Counted from the stretch's first letter, positions 1-9,606 are shown. The stretch is DNA of 27,975 nt from Candidatus Heimdallarchaeota archaeon (GCA_046761065.1 JBHIFL010000054.1:1-27975); one strand, 5' to 3'. The notes: generated by a model from the sequence alone, not told the origin. Numbers and translations are program-made.

Positions 1-102
1 CCCCCTCATTGTGAGTGTAACAGAGCACTAGTCTCACATCCCTTTTTTTTAAAAATTAAGTTTATTAGTTCTAGACATCCTTCAATCATAAGAGCATGAA
101 CA

Positions 103-1536
103 CTAGAGTGGAGGAGACTTATTACGTAATTCAGGCGTGGCCTTTTCAAATGCATAAGCCATTTTGAGTAAAGCTGGCTCACCTAATTTTGGGGCCATGA
201 ATTGAATGCTCAACGGCAAGTTATCATTACTGTATCCACAAGGAAGAACGATTGTTGGTATTCCTGTGATGTTTCCTAGTCGGGTAAAGTGAGTACAACC
301 CGATATGACATTAATTTTTGTGGAATTTATAATAACTGTTTTTTCTCCAATTTTTGATGGTCGAATTTGAGTCGGAGGCGACATGAGAAAATCGACTTTT
401 TGGAATAAGGTCTCACATTCACGAAGGATAACTTCCCGCGTTCTTATCGCTCTAATGTATTCATCGATTCGAATATTCTGACCCGCCCTAAATCGTTCTA
501 TCACATTTGCCCCATACCTATCCGAATATTTCGCTAGGAGTTCAGTATGCTGAACCGCCGCTTCTGCTAAAAGGATGGTTGACGAAGCATCCTCAATCAT
601 GTTTGCAGATGCCAAGCGCACATCGAGAATTTCTCCCCCTAAACGTTCAATTTTCGAAATTGCGGTCTTGAAGGCTCTTTCTACCTCAGAGTCTAAAGGT
701 GTAGGGTTTAAATCCTTGGAAATCGCAAATTGAACTCCTTCTATAGTGGCATCTGCAAAACCGTCACGATAATTGGGAACTGGAGCCATAAGGCTGCGCG
801 GATCGTCTTCATCAAATCCCGCTAAAACTTGAAGCAAGATGGCAGCATCCTCCACAGTTTTTGTGATTGGGCCTACATGATCTAAACTTGTTGCAAGTGG
901 GAAGACTCCTTGTAGGCTAACTCGACCATAGGTTGGCTTAAGTCCGACTAAGCCACAAAATGCCGCTGGAATTCGAATGGATCCCCCGGTGTCAGATCCG
1001 AGCGCTGCGAAGCAAAGATGGGCTGCTGTAGCGGCCGCAGATCCTCCACTTGATCCTCCAGGAATAAGATCAAAATTCCAAGGATTTCTCGTAGGACCAA
1101 AATGTAGATTATTTGTTGTGATTCCTAGAGCAAATTCATGAGTGTTTGTTTTAAAAAAGGGGATTGCACCAGCTCGTTTCAGCCGTTTGACTACCATTGC
1201 ATCCTTATTAGGAATATTATTCCTGTATATGGCAGATCCGTATGTGGTGACAATCCCTGCAGTGTCGATAAGATCTTTAATGCCGATCGGAATCCCATGA
1301 AGGGGACCTCGATACTTACCAACCCGAATCTCCTTTTCAGCTTTCTTTGCAGCTTGTTTGACTCGATCAAAATCTATTGTGACAAAGGTATTCAATTTAA
1401 TATTTAGCTGTTCAATTCTAGCCAATAACTGTTCTACAAGTTCAACGGGAGAGATCTCACCTGTTTTGATTTGTTCAGATATCTTGGCGATGCTAAGAAA
1501 AATTGGAACATCCGCCATTGAAATCATCTCGTCCAA
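103..1536 (-). CDS. Amidase signature family protein (GatA/AtzE-like amidase)
   Basis: Amidase signature motifs: GPLHGIPIGIKD (catalytic Lys), PGGSSGGSAAA and LGSDTGGSIRIPA (Ser-cisSer-Lys triad). The start may be the TTG at 1536 or a Met a few codons downstream. No gatB/gatC is adjacent, so it is not called gatA. Confidence 0.9.
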   Translation of the reverse strand: MDEMISMADVPIFLSIAKISEQIKTGEISPVELVEQLLARIEQLNIKLNTFVTIDFDRVKQAAKKAEKEIRVGKYRGPLHGIPIGIKDLIDTAGIVTTYGSAIYRNNIPNKDAMVVKRLKRAGAIPFFKTNTHEFALGITTNNLHFGPTRNPWNFDLIPGGSSGGSAAATAAHLCFAALGSDTGGSIRIPAAFCGLVGLKPTYGRVSLQGVFPLATSLDHVGPITKTVEDAAILLQVLAGFDEDDPRSLMAPVPNYRDGFADATIEGVQFAISKDLNPTPLDSEVERAFKTAISKIERLGGEILDVRLASANMIEDASSTILLAEAAVQHTELLAKYSDRYGANVIERFRAGQNIRIDEYIRAIRTREVILRECETLFQKVDFLMSPPTQIRPSKIGEKTVIINSTKINVISGCTHFTRLGNITGIPTIVLPCGYSNDNLPLSIQFMAPKLGEPALLKMAYAFEKATPELRNKSPPL

Positions 1537-1746
1537 TATAGCTATATAAAATGAGCTACTTCATTTAAACCTTTCACAGGTGTTTTTAACTCTTGAGTCG
1601 ATCTTTGAATATGAATTTGTTTGTCGTTGATAAAATTATTCGTGGAAATCCTGTGAATGTAGACGTCATTACAAATATGACCTATAAGACTACGTTTGGA
1701 CACAAAGCCATATTAAGTTTGAACGACCAAGGATCAATCGAGTGCG

Positions 1747-2574
1747 ATGACAGCTATTTCTCTTTATCTTACCCCACAAGAAATTGCCAGGCTGCAAGGT
1801 CGAATTCGAGAACTTGGCTTGAGGGAATTACCTCTTAAAACTCCTCATGAACTTTTAAGAATAAAACACAGGGATGTACAACTTGTTATTTATACGTCTG
1901 GCAGTATAGTCCACAATGGAAGTCAAGCATCTCGAGAACTGATTCATTCGATTCTTATGGTAGATACAACGTATGACTTTATTATAGGAAGCGATGAAGC
2001 TGGGAAAGGAGAATGGTGGGGTCCCCTTGTAGTTGAAGCTGTGGCTTTGTCTCCCACTGAAATTAATGCTCTTAGAGAGTTGGGAGTGAAGGATTCAAAG
2101 ATCTTAAAAAAGAAACGCCTTTTAGAACTCGCCGAGGAACTCTTGAAACTCAAATTTAAAAGAAAACTACTCCTATTGAGGCCTAAAACATACAATGAAC
2201 AATATAGTGAGTTTAAAAAAGAAGGAAAAAGTCTGAATGACCTCCTCGCATGGGGTCATGCGCGTGTGATCAAAGATGTGCTTCAAAGCCTCTCATATCA
2301 GCAGGTAAAAATTGTAATTGATAAATTCGACATTCAAAAAACAGATTTCCGTCTTAAGACTATTGCATCACCTTCTATTCGGATTCTACAAAAAACAAGA
2401 GGTGAATCAGAAATTTCTGTAGCTGCTGCGAGTATTCTTGCTAAATATATATTTGAAATAGAAGTCGACAAACTAGACAGGAAATATCAGTTAGACCTAC
2501 GAAATTCAAGTCCTAGTGATATCCCTCCATCAATTCTTCCTCTTGTCGCCAAACTACATTTTAAAAATGTGTAA
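1747..2574 (+). CDS. rnhC: Ribonuclease HIII (type 2 RNase H with N-terminal TBP-like substrate-binding domain)
   Basis: Motifs IGSDEAGKGEWWGPLVV, GVKDSK, IVIDKF and SVAAASILAK. An N-terminal extension of about 70 aa contains LVIYTSGSIVHNG, typical of the RNase HIII TBP-like domain. Confidence 0.85.
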   Translation: MTAISLYLTPQEIARLQGRIRELGLRELPLKTPHELLRIKHRDVQLVIYTSGSIVHNGSQASRELIHSILMVDTTYDFIIGSDEAGKGEWWGPLVVEAVALSPTEINALRELGVKDSKILKKKRLLELAEELLKLKFKRKLLLLRPKTYNEQYSEFKKEGKSLNDLLAWGHARVIKDVLQSLSYQQVKIVIDKFDIQKTDFRLKTIASPSIRILQKTRGESEISVAAASILAKYIFEIEVDKLDRKYQLDLRNSSPSDIPPSILPLVAKLHFKNV

Positions 2575-2812
2575 ACGGCTTTTAATCAATAAAAAATTTC
2601 TTCCAATTAAGTTTAATACCTTTTTGATAATCAAACAGCTTTATTATTAAACACATGGACAACTGTTAAAAACTTATTTACTTCATAAAGAGGTTTCTTC
2701 CCATAAGTTCTATATAAAAATTAACTATAGTTAATCCCAAAACCGGCAAATAAAGGTTTATTTGAGAAAAAATGCATACGAAGTTATTAAAAGATAATTT
2801 TAGGAGATAAAA

Positions 2813-3610
2813 TTGATCAAAGAACAAAAAATAGGTTTTTTAGTTGTCATCCTTGGCTCAATCGTTCTGATGAGTTTAATGGTACCTTTAGGATCACTTG
2901 GAAGTCCCGAACAAACTCAAATGAAACCAACTCAATTGAAAAAAGAAAGCAAAATGTCTCTAACCACCGCTCCTCCTCAAATCGACATAATTTCTTGGAG
3001 ATTAAAAATCGATGGATCAATCGAGCACCCCATGAGTCTCACATATGACGAACTTGGGGCGTTGCCAGCAGTTACTGTGTCTACCAGTTTAACTTGCGTC
3101 AGTGGTGCACGGGTTGACGCGGGGAATTGGACTGGAGTCCAACTGAGCTACCTTCTAATCCTAACTGAAGTGAAATCTGAAGCTGTAGATATGGTTTTTT
3201 ATGCGACAGATGACTATTCAAGTAGTTTACCGGTCAAAGAGGTTCGAAATCGTCCAGATATGATCTTAGCTTATGAGAAAGATGGGAAACAATTAACTGA
3301 CATTGAAGGGTTTCCAGCGATTGTCGTTGCCCCTGGTAAATGGGGGTATAAATGGGTAAAATATGTTGAACATATAGAGCTAGTCGTTGAGGATTATCGA
3401 GGTTATTGGGAGAATCGAGGATATTCGGATGCGGCTGACATTCCCAATTACGCTCATATCCCAGCTGAAGTCATTTTTCTCACAACTGAGCCTTCAGTAT
3501 ACTCAATCATACAAGAAAAAACGGTTATTGTCACCGAGTTTGGAAGAGCGATCAGTTACGTAGTAATTACGCTGTTAGGATTGCTTAGTATCGGATACAA
3601 AAAACGATAA
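2813..3610 (+). CDS. Molybdopterin-dependent oxidoreductase (sulfite oxidase/MsrP fold) with N-terminal signal/TM and C-terminal membrane anchor
   Basis: Motifs WRLKIDG, LTCVSG (Mo-ligating Cys), WTGV, GFPAIVVAPGKWGYKWVKYV and GYWENRGY. Hydrophobic N-terminus and C-terminal TM followed by KKR. GGAG lies upstream of the TTG start. Confidence 0.88.
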   Translation: MIKEQKIGFLVVILGSIVLMSLMVPLGSLGSPEQTQMKPTQLKKESKMSLTTAPPQIDIISWRLKIDGSIEHPMSLTYDELGALPAVTVSTSLTCVSGARVDAGNWTGVQLSYLLILTEVKSEAVDMVFYATDDYSSSLPVKEVRNRPDMILAYEKDGKQLTDIEGFPAIVVAPGKWGYKWVKYVEHIELVVEDYRGYWENRGYSDAADIPNYAHIPAEVIFLTTEPSVYSIIQEKTVIVTEFGRAISYVVITLLGLLSIGYKKR

Positions 3611-3810
3611 TAGCCTTTTTGTGGCGGAAAAGTATAAATGGGGCCAGTAGCCTTTTCTTTATTAAGTTGTTTTTCTCCTTTACTCGTATTTTTTTGCATT
3701 TAAGTTCATGTACTCTAACTCAATATCATACTTAAGACGTGAGACTCATTTAAGGAAATCGAACCATGATTAGATGCAAAAATCACGACCTCAAAAATGA
3801 TTTTCGTGTC

Positions 3811-4338
3811 TTAGAGGCGGCAAGCCACGACACTGTAGGTTCTATGATCTTCAGTTAACAATTGAATATTTCGGAACGCTTCGGTTTCTAAAAGATTGAA
3901 GAGGTTCTGTTTTGAAACAGGATAGGGGATCCAAGGAAGTGGTGAAGAAACGGAATATTCCACAATGACTAATCTTCCTCCTTTTCGTAAGATACGGTGC
4001 GCTCTGACAATCAATTTCTGTGGAGTGGGCGAAAAATGCAGGGCATTCGCCATGAGAACTCCATCACAGGAGTTCAATTTCAAAGGGGGATGATGGAAAT
4101 CGCCACGAAGTACTAACACGTTGAAAAGCTTTTGGGTCTCAACTAATTCTATTAAAACTTTTAGACGTCGAGGATCCAATTCAAGAGCGATCACAAACCC
4201 GTCTTTAATGTATTCTTGAAGGACTAAAATGTATGTTCCATATCCTGCGCCGAACTCGATCCAAAGGCTTCCTGGTTTGATGAGACTCTTTGTCAGGAAT
4301 TTCTTAGCCCGCATGATCCGGCGCTCCGTAGGCCACAT
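3811..4338 (-). CDS. Class I SAM-dependent methyltransferase
   Basis: Motif I-like EFGAGYG, acidic ALELD, GDFHHPP, DGVLMANALHF, and RILRKGGRLVIVE. Confidence 0.85.
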   Translation of the reverse strand: MWPTERRIMRAKKFLTKSLIKPGSLWIEFGAGYGTYILVLQEYIKDGFVIALELDPRRLKVLIELVETQKLFNVLVLRGDFHHPPLKLNSCDGVLMANALHFSPTPQKLIVRAHRILRKGGRLVIVEYSVSSPLPWIPYPVSKQNLFNLLETEAFRNIQLLTEDHRTYSVVACRL

Positions 4339-4572
4339 ATTATTCTGCCTCTCTAATATTCATTATTTCTTAAGTAATAGAATCGCAGAATAGGAATACA
4401 TTGGATAATTGCTTATTGGTTTTTTTAAGAAGGTATGAAATCGTATTGAGGATTTTAATTAATAGAGTATACAAGGAAAAGATATGTTGCATAATATCAG
4501 TATTGTAAGAACACATCTAAAGGATTAATTGATTTTAATTTAATCATGTTCCAAAGGTCGAAGGCCTTCTTA

Positions 4573-5040
4573 TTATCTCTTGGAATAAATAGGATGTTTC
4601 GTAACCAAAATTGGAACTGAAAGACTGGCTATTAATTTTTTTGCGAACGGGAGAGCACCTGAAATAATGACTAAATCAATGTTATGATCTTCCACGAATT
4701 TTTCAATCATATCTGGTTGGAAAATATCAACCTGTTGATCAAGAGCAATATTCACTTGAAGATCAGATGCCTGTTCAATAATGAGAGGTGCATGAATACC
4801 TTTATGCATTATGAACAGATCTGCTTTAAACTGATGGGCTAAGCGTAGTGCAAATATTCCCGCATATAAGCAACGGGACTTGGGAGACATGATTAATAAG
4901 AGCTGGTTGAGCTTAGGTGGCGTTTCATCTACTACATGGAAAAACTCCTCCAATTGCTGGGTCATCTCATCAGCTTGATCCAAATACCGTTGCATGTTTC
5001 GTTTTCTTAGACCAACCAGAATCCGATGAAATTCTTTCAT
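4573..5040 (-). CDS. USP-like (universal stress protein fold) hypothetical protein, paralog A
   Basis: Clear paralog of 5403-5897. USP-like C-terminus (IDLVIISG...SLSVPILVTK). Start moved to ATG 5040 because both paralogs share TGGTTTT-ATG there and similarity starts at that point. Confidence 0.6.
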   Translation of the reverse strand: MKEFHRILVGLRKRNMQRYLDQADEMTQQLEEFFHVVDETPPKLNQLLLIMSPKSRCLYAGIFALRLAHQFKADLFIMHKGIHAPLIIEQASDLQVNIALDQQVDIFQPDMIEKFVEDHNIDLVIISGALPFAKKLIASLSVPILVTKHPIYSKR

Positions 5041-5402
5041 AAAACCATCTCTACACAAAGGAACAGGTTCATACACGTTTTTTCTCTGTTGGAATCTAGA
5101 AATCAAAAATTCTTATTTAATTAAACCATTCCTCCCTTTTGCAGACAAAGAGGTTTTGCGTTGTCTTTATAAGAAAATTCTTTTTATAACTACTTCTATT
5201 TTCCTAATTAGAATTTTACGAGTAAATGGAAAATTATAACTTACCTATATCGATAAATGACATCCAATCGATCAAAAATTTAGCTTATTGTGCGTTTTAA
5301 TTTTGGAAAACAGACGGTATCCTTATTAATGCATAATTATTAATTATTTATATTAAAATAAGTACAAATCAAGAATTAACAAACCATTTCTTATTCATCT
5401 TG

Positions 5403-5897
5403 TTATATAGAACTCGAATCATGTACCCTACTCTGCGAATACATGTGATGTTTTGTGAACAAAATTGGAATGGAAAGTTCACTTAACAACCTTGTTGCAA
5501 ATGGAATATTACCTGAAGTTATAATCAAATCAATGGAATATTCTTCTACAAACTGCACAATCTCGTCAAACTCTATAGAATCAACTTCCTGATCTAATAC
5601 AACCGTCTCTTGGAACTCAACAGCTTGTTCTAAGATGAGAGGTCCTAGTATACCCTTATGGAGTAAGTACAGATCCGTCTTAAACTGGTCTGTAAAGTTC
5701 AAGGCAAAAAGACCTGCGTCAATACATCGAGGTATATCAGAATCTAAAACACACAAGATCCTATTAAGTTGGGGGGGTGTCTCTTCAACTTCGGTGAAAA
5801 GCCCCTCTAACTTCTGCGCAAAAGAATCACTTTGATCTAAGTATTTCTGAGCACTTCGAGTCTTTAATCTCAGTAGGATGTCATGGAGTAGTGCCAT
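5403..5897 (-). CDS. USP-like hypothetical protein, paralog B
   Basis: Aligns end to end with paralog A (YLDQ, ETPP, FAL, HKGI, EQA, LDQ, IDL, SG.PFA, PIL.TKH). Start refined to ATG 5897. Confidence 0.6.
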   Translation of the reverse strand: MALLHDILLRLKTRSAQKYLDQSDSFAQKLEGLFTEVEETPPQLNRILCVLDSDIPRCIDAGLFALNFTDQFKTDLYLLHKGILGPLILEQAVEFQETVVLDQEVDSIEFDEIVQFVEEYSIDLIITSGNIPFATRLLSELSIPILFTKHHMYSQSRVHDSSSI

Positions 5898-6372
5898 AAA
5901 ACCACTTTCATATAGTTGATCAAATATGCTCCTCATCTTTTATTCTTTTGTTTAAACAGTGATTTCAATAGTCCATTGTTTTAATTAATTTTACAATATC
6001 AAAACCCTAAAGAAGACCAATATTACTATTTTAATGGAAATTTAAACAGTCATCATTTTTTAAAAAAAGTTAGAACTTACAATATGGTTTATATTTATTA
6101 ATCATGTTATAAGTATACTTTGATACAATAAAGAATCTCTCTATAGATCAATCATCCCACATTTACTAATTCCCATCTTTTACGATAAAAGTTAAATCAA
6201 CATAAGTGTTGACTTCCATAAAAATCGCGATTTAAGTCCCTGACGTACATAAAATTCTACAGAATGGATTTCTCAAACATAGGGATGCAAAGTCTTAGTA
6301 AACTCCTTCAATGAGATAAGATGTAATAATTTAGCTATAAAACCAATTGTAAAATTAAGGAGGAATACCTGA

Positions 6373-6600
6373 ATGAATGTAGAAATTCTCAAAACCGGAT
6401 ATAAATACGTGGATAGTGGTTTTTTCCTTGTCAAAGAGGATACAGGTGAGTTCTATGTGCATATCGCCACATGGAACCCCTTTGATAAAGCAGTAGAAGA
6501 AGCTAAAAAGTTAGCTAGAAAAATAAAAGGCCATTACATTGTCGCTCGCAAAAAAAACGGATCTGGAGATATTTATAAAGCCTTAGAAAGCTCATATTAG
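6373..6600 (+). CDS. Hypothetical protein (75 aa)
   Basis: Isolated ORF in AT-rich DNA with a strong AAGGAGG upstream of the ATG. Protein-like composition but no recognised motif. Confidence 0.65.
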   Translation: MNVEILKTGYKYVDSGFFLVKEDTGEFYVHIATWNPFDKAVEEAKKLARKIKGHYIVARKKNGSGDIYKALESSY

Positions 6601-6749
6601 ATTAAATGAAGCTTATACGGTTCTGGATTTATTTCTTATAGAGAAATATGCTACGAATCTACTCATTTTTAAGAAATAAACAGTTTATTCGCCAATGTTG
6701 AGGGGGAGGATTCACATCATTGATTATTTATAAAGGATCATTCTTTTTA

Positions 6750-7970
6750 TCAATACCGAGATCCCTCCCAATTTTCTAATCGTTTTTCTACTTCCTGAAG
6801 TGTTTCATCTTTCTTACTAAAAGTAAATCGAACATAGCGTTTGTCTAATATTTTGTTATTGTAGAATCTAACAAGCGGAATACATGCAATTTGAGCGGTT
6901 TTAATTAGCTGCTTTACAAATTCAATATTATCATTGAACCCCATTCGTTTGACGTCAGCAACGATGTAAAATGCCCCATTCGGTTTTATACAGGTTAGTC
7001 CAGCATTCGTTAGAGTTTCAAGGAGTAAATCTCTCTTATGAGCAAATGTGTTGGCAAGTTCTTCATAATATGATGCTGATAATTCCTGCAAGACCTCTGC
7101 AATCGCGATTTGGAGCGGATGGGGGCCCGAAACGGTGAAAAGACCATGTAAATCTTGAATTGCTTTGGAAATAGTTTTATTGGCCACTGTGTAGCCGACC
7201 CGCCACCCTGTGCATCCAAAAACTTTGGAAAAGCCACTTATAGTGATGGTTCGTTCTGCCATACTTCCAAGGGTCGCAATACTAATGTGTTTCAGGTCAT
7301 CATAGACAAAATGTTCATAGACTTCATCTGTTAAGCAGATCACGTTATAGTCTTCACACATATCAGCAATAAGTTGAAGTTCTTCGCGTGAAAACACCTT
7401 TCCAAAAGGATTATGTGGCGAATTCAAGAGGATGGCTTTTGGTCTGTTTGTAAAAGCATTTTTCAAATGTTCAGGATCTAAATGACATGTTGGTGCGTGT
7501 AAAGTCATGAAGAGGGGTTTAGCCCCGGTAATTCTAGCCATTGGTAAGTAACTTGCGAAAAAAGGCTCAAATAATACTATTTTATCTCCAGGGTTTAGAA
7601 TAGCATGCATAGAGACTGTTAAAGCCTCACCAGATCCGCAACACACTATAATATCTGTCTCAGGATCTGCATCAATGCCATTGAACCATCGTAATTTCTC
7701 ATCTATGGCCATTAGAAGAGAGTTAGTCCCTTTAAAACAATACTGATTAAAATTCTCATCTATTGCTTTTTTGGCAGCATCTTTCAATTTTTTTGGGGTT
7801 TCATAATCTGGAATGCCCCCGAGAAGGCTGATACACTCGTACTGCTGGGCAAGACTACCAATCTCCTCCCAAACTGAATATGAAAATATCCCAACTCTCT
7901 CAGCAAGGTAGGGGTTTTTCGTAGATACCTGCCTAGCGTTTCTATTGTTATTGGAGGACATATATATCAT
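6750..7970 (-). CDS. PLP-dependent aminotransferase class I/II (YbdL/kynurenine aminotransferase-like)
   Basis: Motifs LLNSPHNPFG, DEVY, SGFSKVFGCTGWRVG (PLP lysine), GAFY and YVRFTF. The start may be the Met at 7961. Confidence 0.92.
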   Translation of the reverse strand: MIYMSSNNNRNARQVSTKNPYLAERVGIFSYSVWEEIGSLAQQYECISLLGGIPDYETPKKLKDAAKKAIDENFNQYCFKGTNSLLMAIDEKLRWFNGIDADPETDIIVCCGSGEALTVSMHAILNPGDKIVLFEPFFASYLPMARITGAKPLFMTLHAPTCHLDPEHLKNAFTNRPKAILLNSPHNPFGKVFSREELQLIADMCEDYNVICLTDEVYEHFVYDDLKHISIATLGSMAERTITISGFSKVFGCTGWRVGYTVANKTISKAIQDLHGLFTVSGPHPLQIAIAEVLQELSASYYEELANTFAHKRDLLLETLTNAGLTCIKPNGAFYIVADVKRMGFNDNIEFVKQLIKTAQIACIPLVRFYNNKILDKRYVRFTFSKKDETLQEVEKRLENWEGSRY

Positions 7971-8142
7971 AGTTTATCACATCTTTTACTTGAATCTAAC
8001 CTATTCTAACTATGTTTTTGCAGGAGGTATGCATTATCATTACCTGTTTGACACTTAGACGCCCTCAGGGGCGTGGAGGAGCAATTGTGCATGAATGAAT
8101 AAAAAGCAACTGACCTGTAAGTATTTAGTGTTCTATATGTAT

Positions 8143-9606
8143 CTAAGTAACTAACTCCTCATGTGCCTGCCTTACTAGATTGTCAAGTTCCTCGCGAACA
8201 TCTTTGTCGAGGGGTTCCGGATGATGTTCTTTGAGGATTTCTTTTGTTACCTCTCTTGCTCTGTCTGCAATGTCCCTCTCACCTAATTTCATCCACTCAT
8301 CCGCACTATTTCGTTCACTAATTCTGTAGTCTGGCATCCAATGTTCTCCTCTTCTAAAATAATCCCGTGTATGGGGTTGAGCCAGAAAGGTTCCACCCTC
8401 AAGGTTTGTAACGTGTTCTATCACATCTAGAGCTAGAGCATCATCATCAATCGGAAAGATAGGAGTCCGTAATGTACGGAAGATCATCCCAAAAAGCTCA
8501 TTGTCGATAACAAGTTGTTCATAGCTGCTGGTGTCGCCTCCAAGTAGCCCCATCCCAGAAATGAAATTAGCACCTGTCAATGCCGGAAGAAGTCCATTAA
8601 ATGCTTTTTCATAACCGACCTGAGCATCTGGCAGCTTAGCATCGGTGGAAACACCGTAAACATCGGAAGGCAAGTTGTAATATTGGGCCAATTGAACTGC
8701 ACAAGCGCCCATGATTCCCAACTCTGGACTTCCCCAACAATTGAGGGCTGTTCGCATATCCAAAGTACTTGCACGCGCCGCATAGATTACTGGAGTCCCA
8801 GGATTTACAATTTGAACAATTGTTAGACCGGTTAGAATCTCGGCATTTTGCAATACCAACATCCCAGCTAGTGTCATTGGACCAGACGCACCAGAAATTG
8901 GCGCAGGCAACATCCCTATAGGTAGACCATTTTTAGCACACACATGGATAGCTTGTGATATCTTTTTTTCAAATTTCAAAGGACTAACCGGTGAAATTCC
9001 TGGTTGGGGCCATGGGTTTTTACGGAACTCCTCTGCTCCAGCACTAACAAGGACTCCCATTCGGATGAAGAATCTAGCTTCCTCCGCGGAAGAGATCGTG
9101 TTAAGATAAACCGGTTTCATAGTATTCTCAATCATTTCTTTGAGGCTTATAATCGAGATCAAGGCTGGAGGTACATCACTACATGTTACTAGGGGCGAAC
9201 AAGCATCAACTTGTTTCAAAGCATCCATGAGCCGCGTAGTCTCTCGTATGTCCTGTTGTAGCCCTTCTCTTCGCTTTTCATTATCAGGATCCACAATATA
9301 TGTAGTTGTGCCTCCATTATGGGTATACACTCTTTTTCCTTCTAATTTGACACATTTCTTGGGATCTCTTCCATGAACCTCCAATCTGCTTGGTGCTTTT
9401 CTTATACATTCCTCCACTAAATAGTCCGGTAGCTTTGCTTTCCGTGTTACATAGTTAACAATGGCTCCTGCGGCTTCAAGGTCACTAAGTATCTGTTCTT
9501 CATCAATGAATACGCCACGTCCGAGCAAATCTAGAGTGGCGAGATGCAACTCATAAATATCTTCCTGACTCAAAATCTTTAGCAACCCGCCCTTTAAGAT
9601 GCTCAT
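8143..9606 (-). CDS. Trimethylamine methyltransferase (MttB) superfamily corrinoid methyltransferase, non-pyrrolysine
   Basis: Motifs LKILSQEDIYELHLATLDLL, SPVSPL, SGASGPMTLAGMLVLQNAEILTG, DMRT, GSPE, DAQVGYEK and SYEQLVIDNE. No in-frame TAG, and Ser occupies the Pyl-equivalent site (GVSTDAK). ATGA overlap with the upstream corrinoid gene. Confidence 0.93.
   Translation of the reverse strand: MSILKGGLLKILSQEDIYELHLATLDLLGRGVFIDEEQILSDLEAAGAIVNYVTRKAKLPDYLVEECIRKAPSRLEVHGRDPKKCVKLEGKRVYTHNGGTTTYIVDPDNEKRREGLQQDIRETTRLMDALKQVDACSPLVTCSDVPPALISIISLKEMIENTMKPVYLNTISSAEEARFFIRMGVLVSAGAEEFRKNPWPQPGISPVSPLKFEKKISQAIHVCAKNGLPIGMLPAPISGASGPMTLAGMLVLQNAEILTGLTIVQIVNPGTPVIYAARASTLDMRTALNCWGSPELGIMGACAVQLAQYYNLPSDVYGVSTDAKLPDAQVGYEKAFNGLLPALTGANFISGMGLLGGDTSSYEQLVIDNELFGMIFRTLRTPIFPIDDDALALDVIEHVTNLEGGTFLAQPHTRDYFRRGEHWMPDYRISERNSADEWMKLGERDIADRAREVTKEILKEHHPEPLDKDVREELDNLVRQAHEELVT

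Noticed and set aside
10-50. Imperfect hairpin (TGTGAG...CTCACA) followed by T8, considered as a SECIS or ncRNA
   Set aside because: Truncated at the window edge, with no convincing SECIS core and no selenoprotein nearby. It is more likely a terminator of an upstream gene but cannot be supported.
103-1536. Calling the amidase gatA
   Set aside because: No gatB/gatC neighbours, and only generic amidase-signature motifs are evident.
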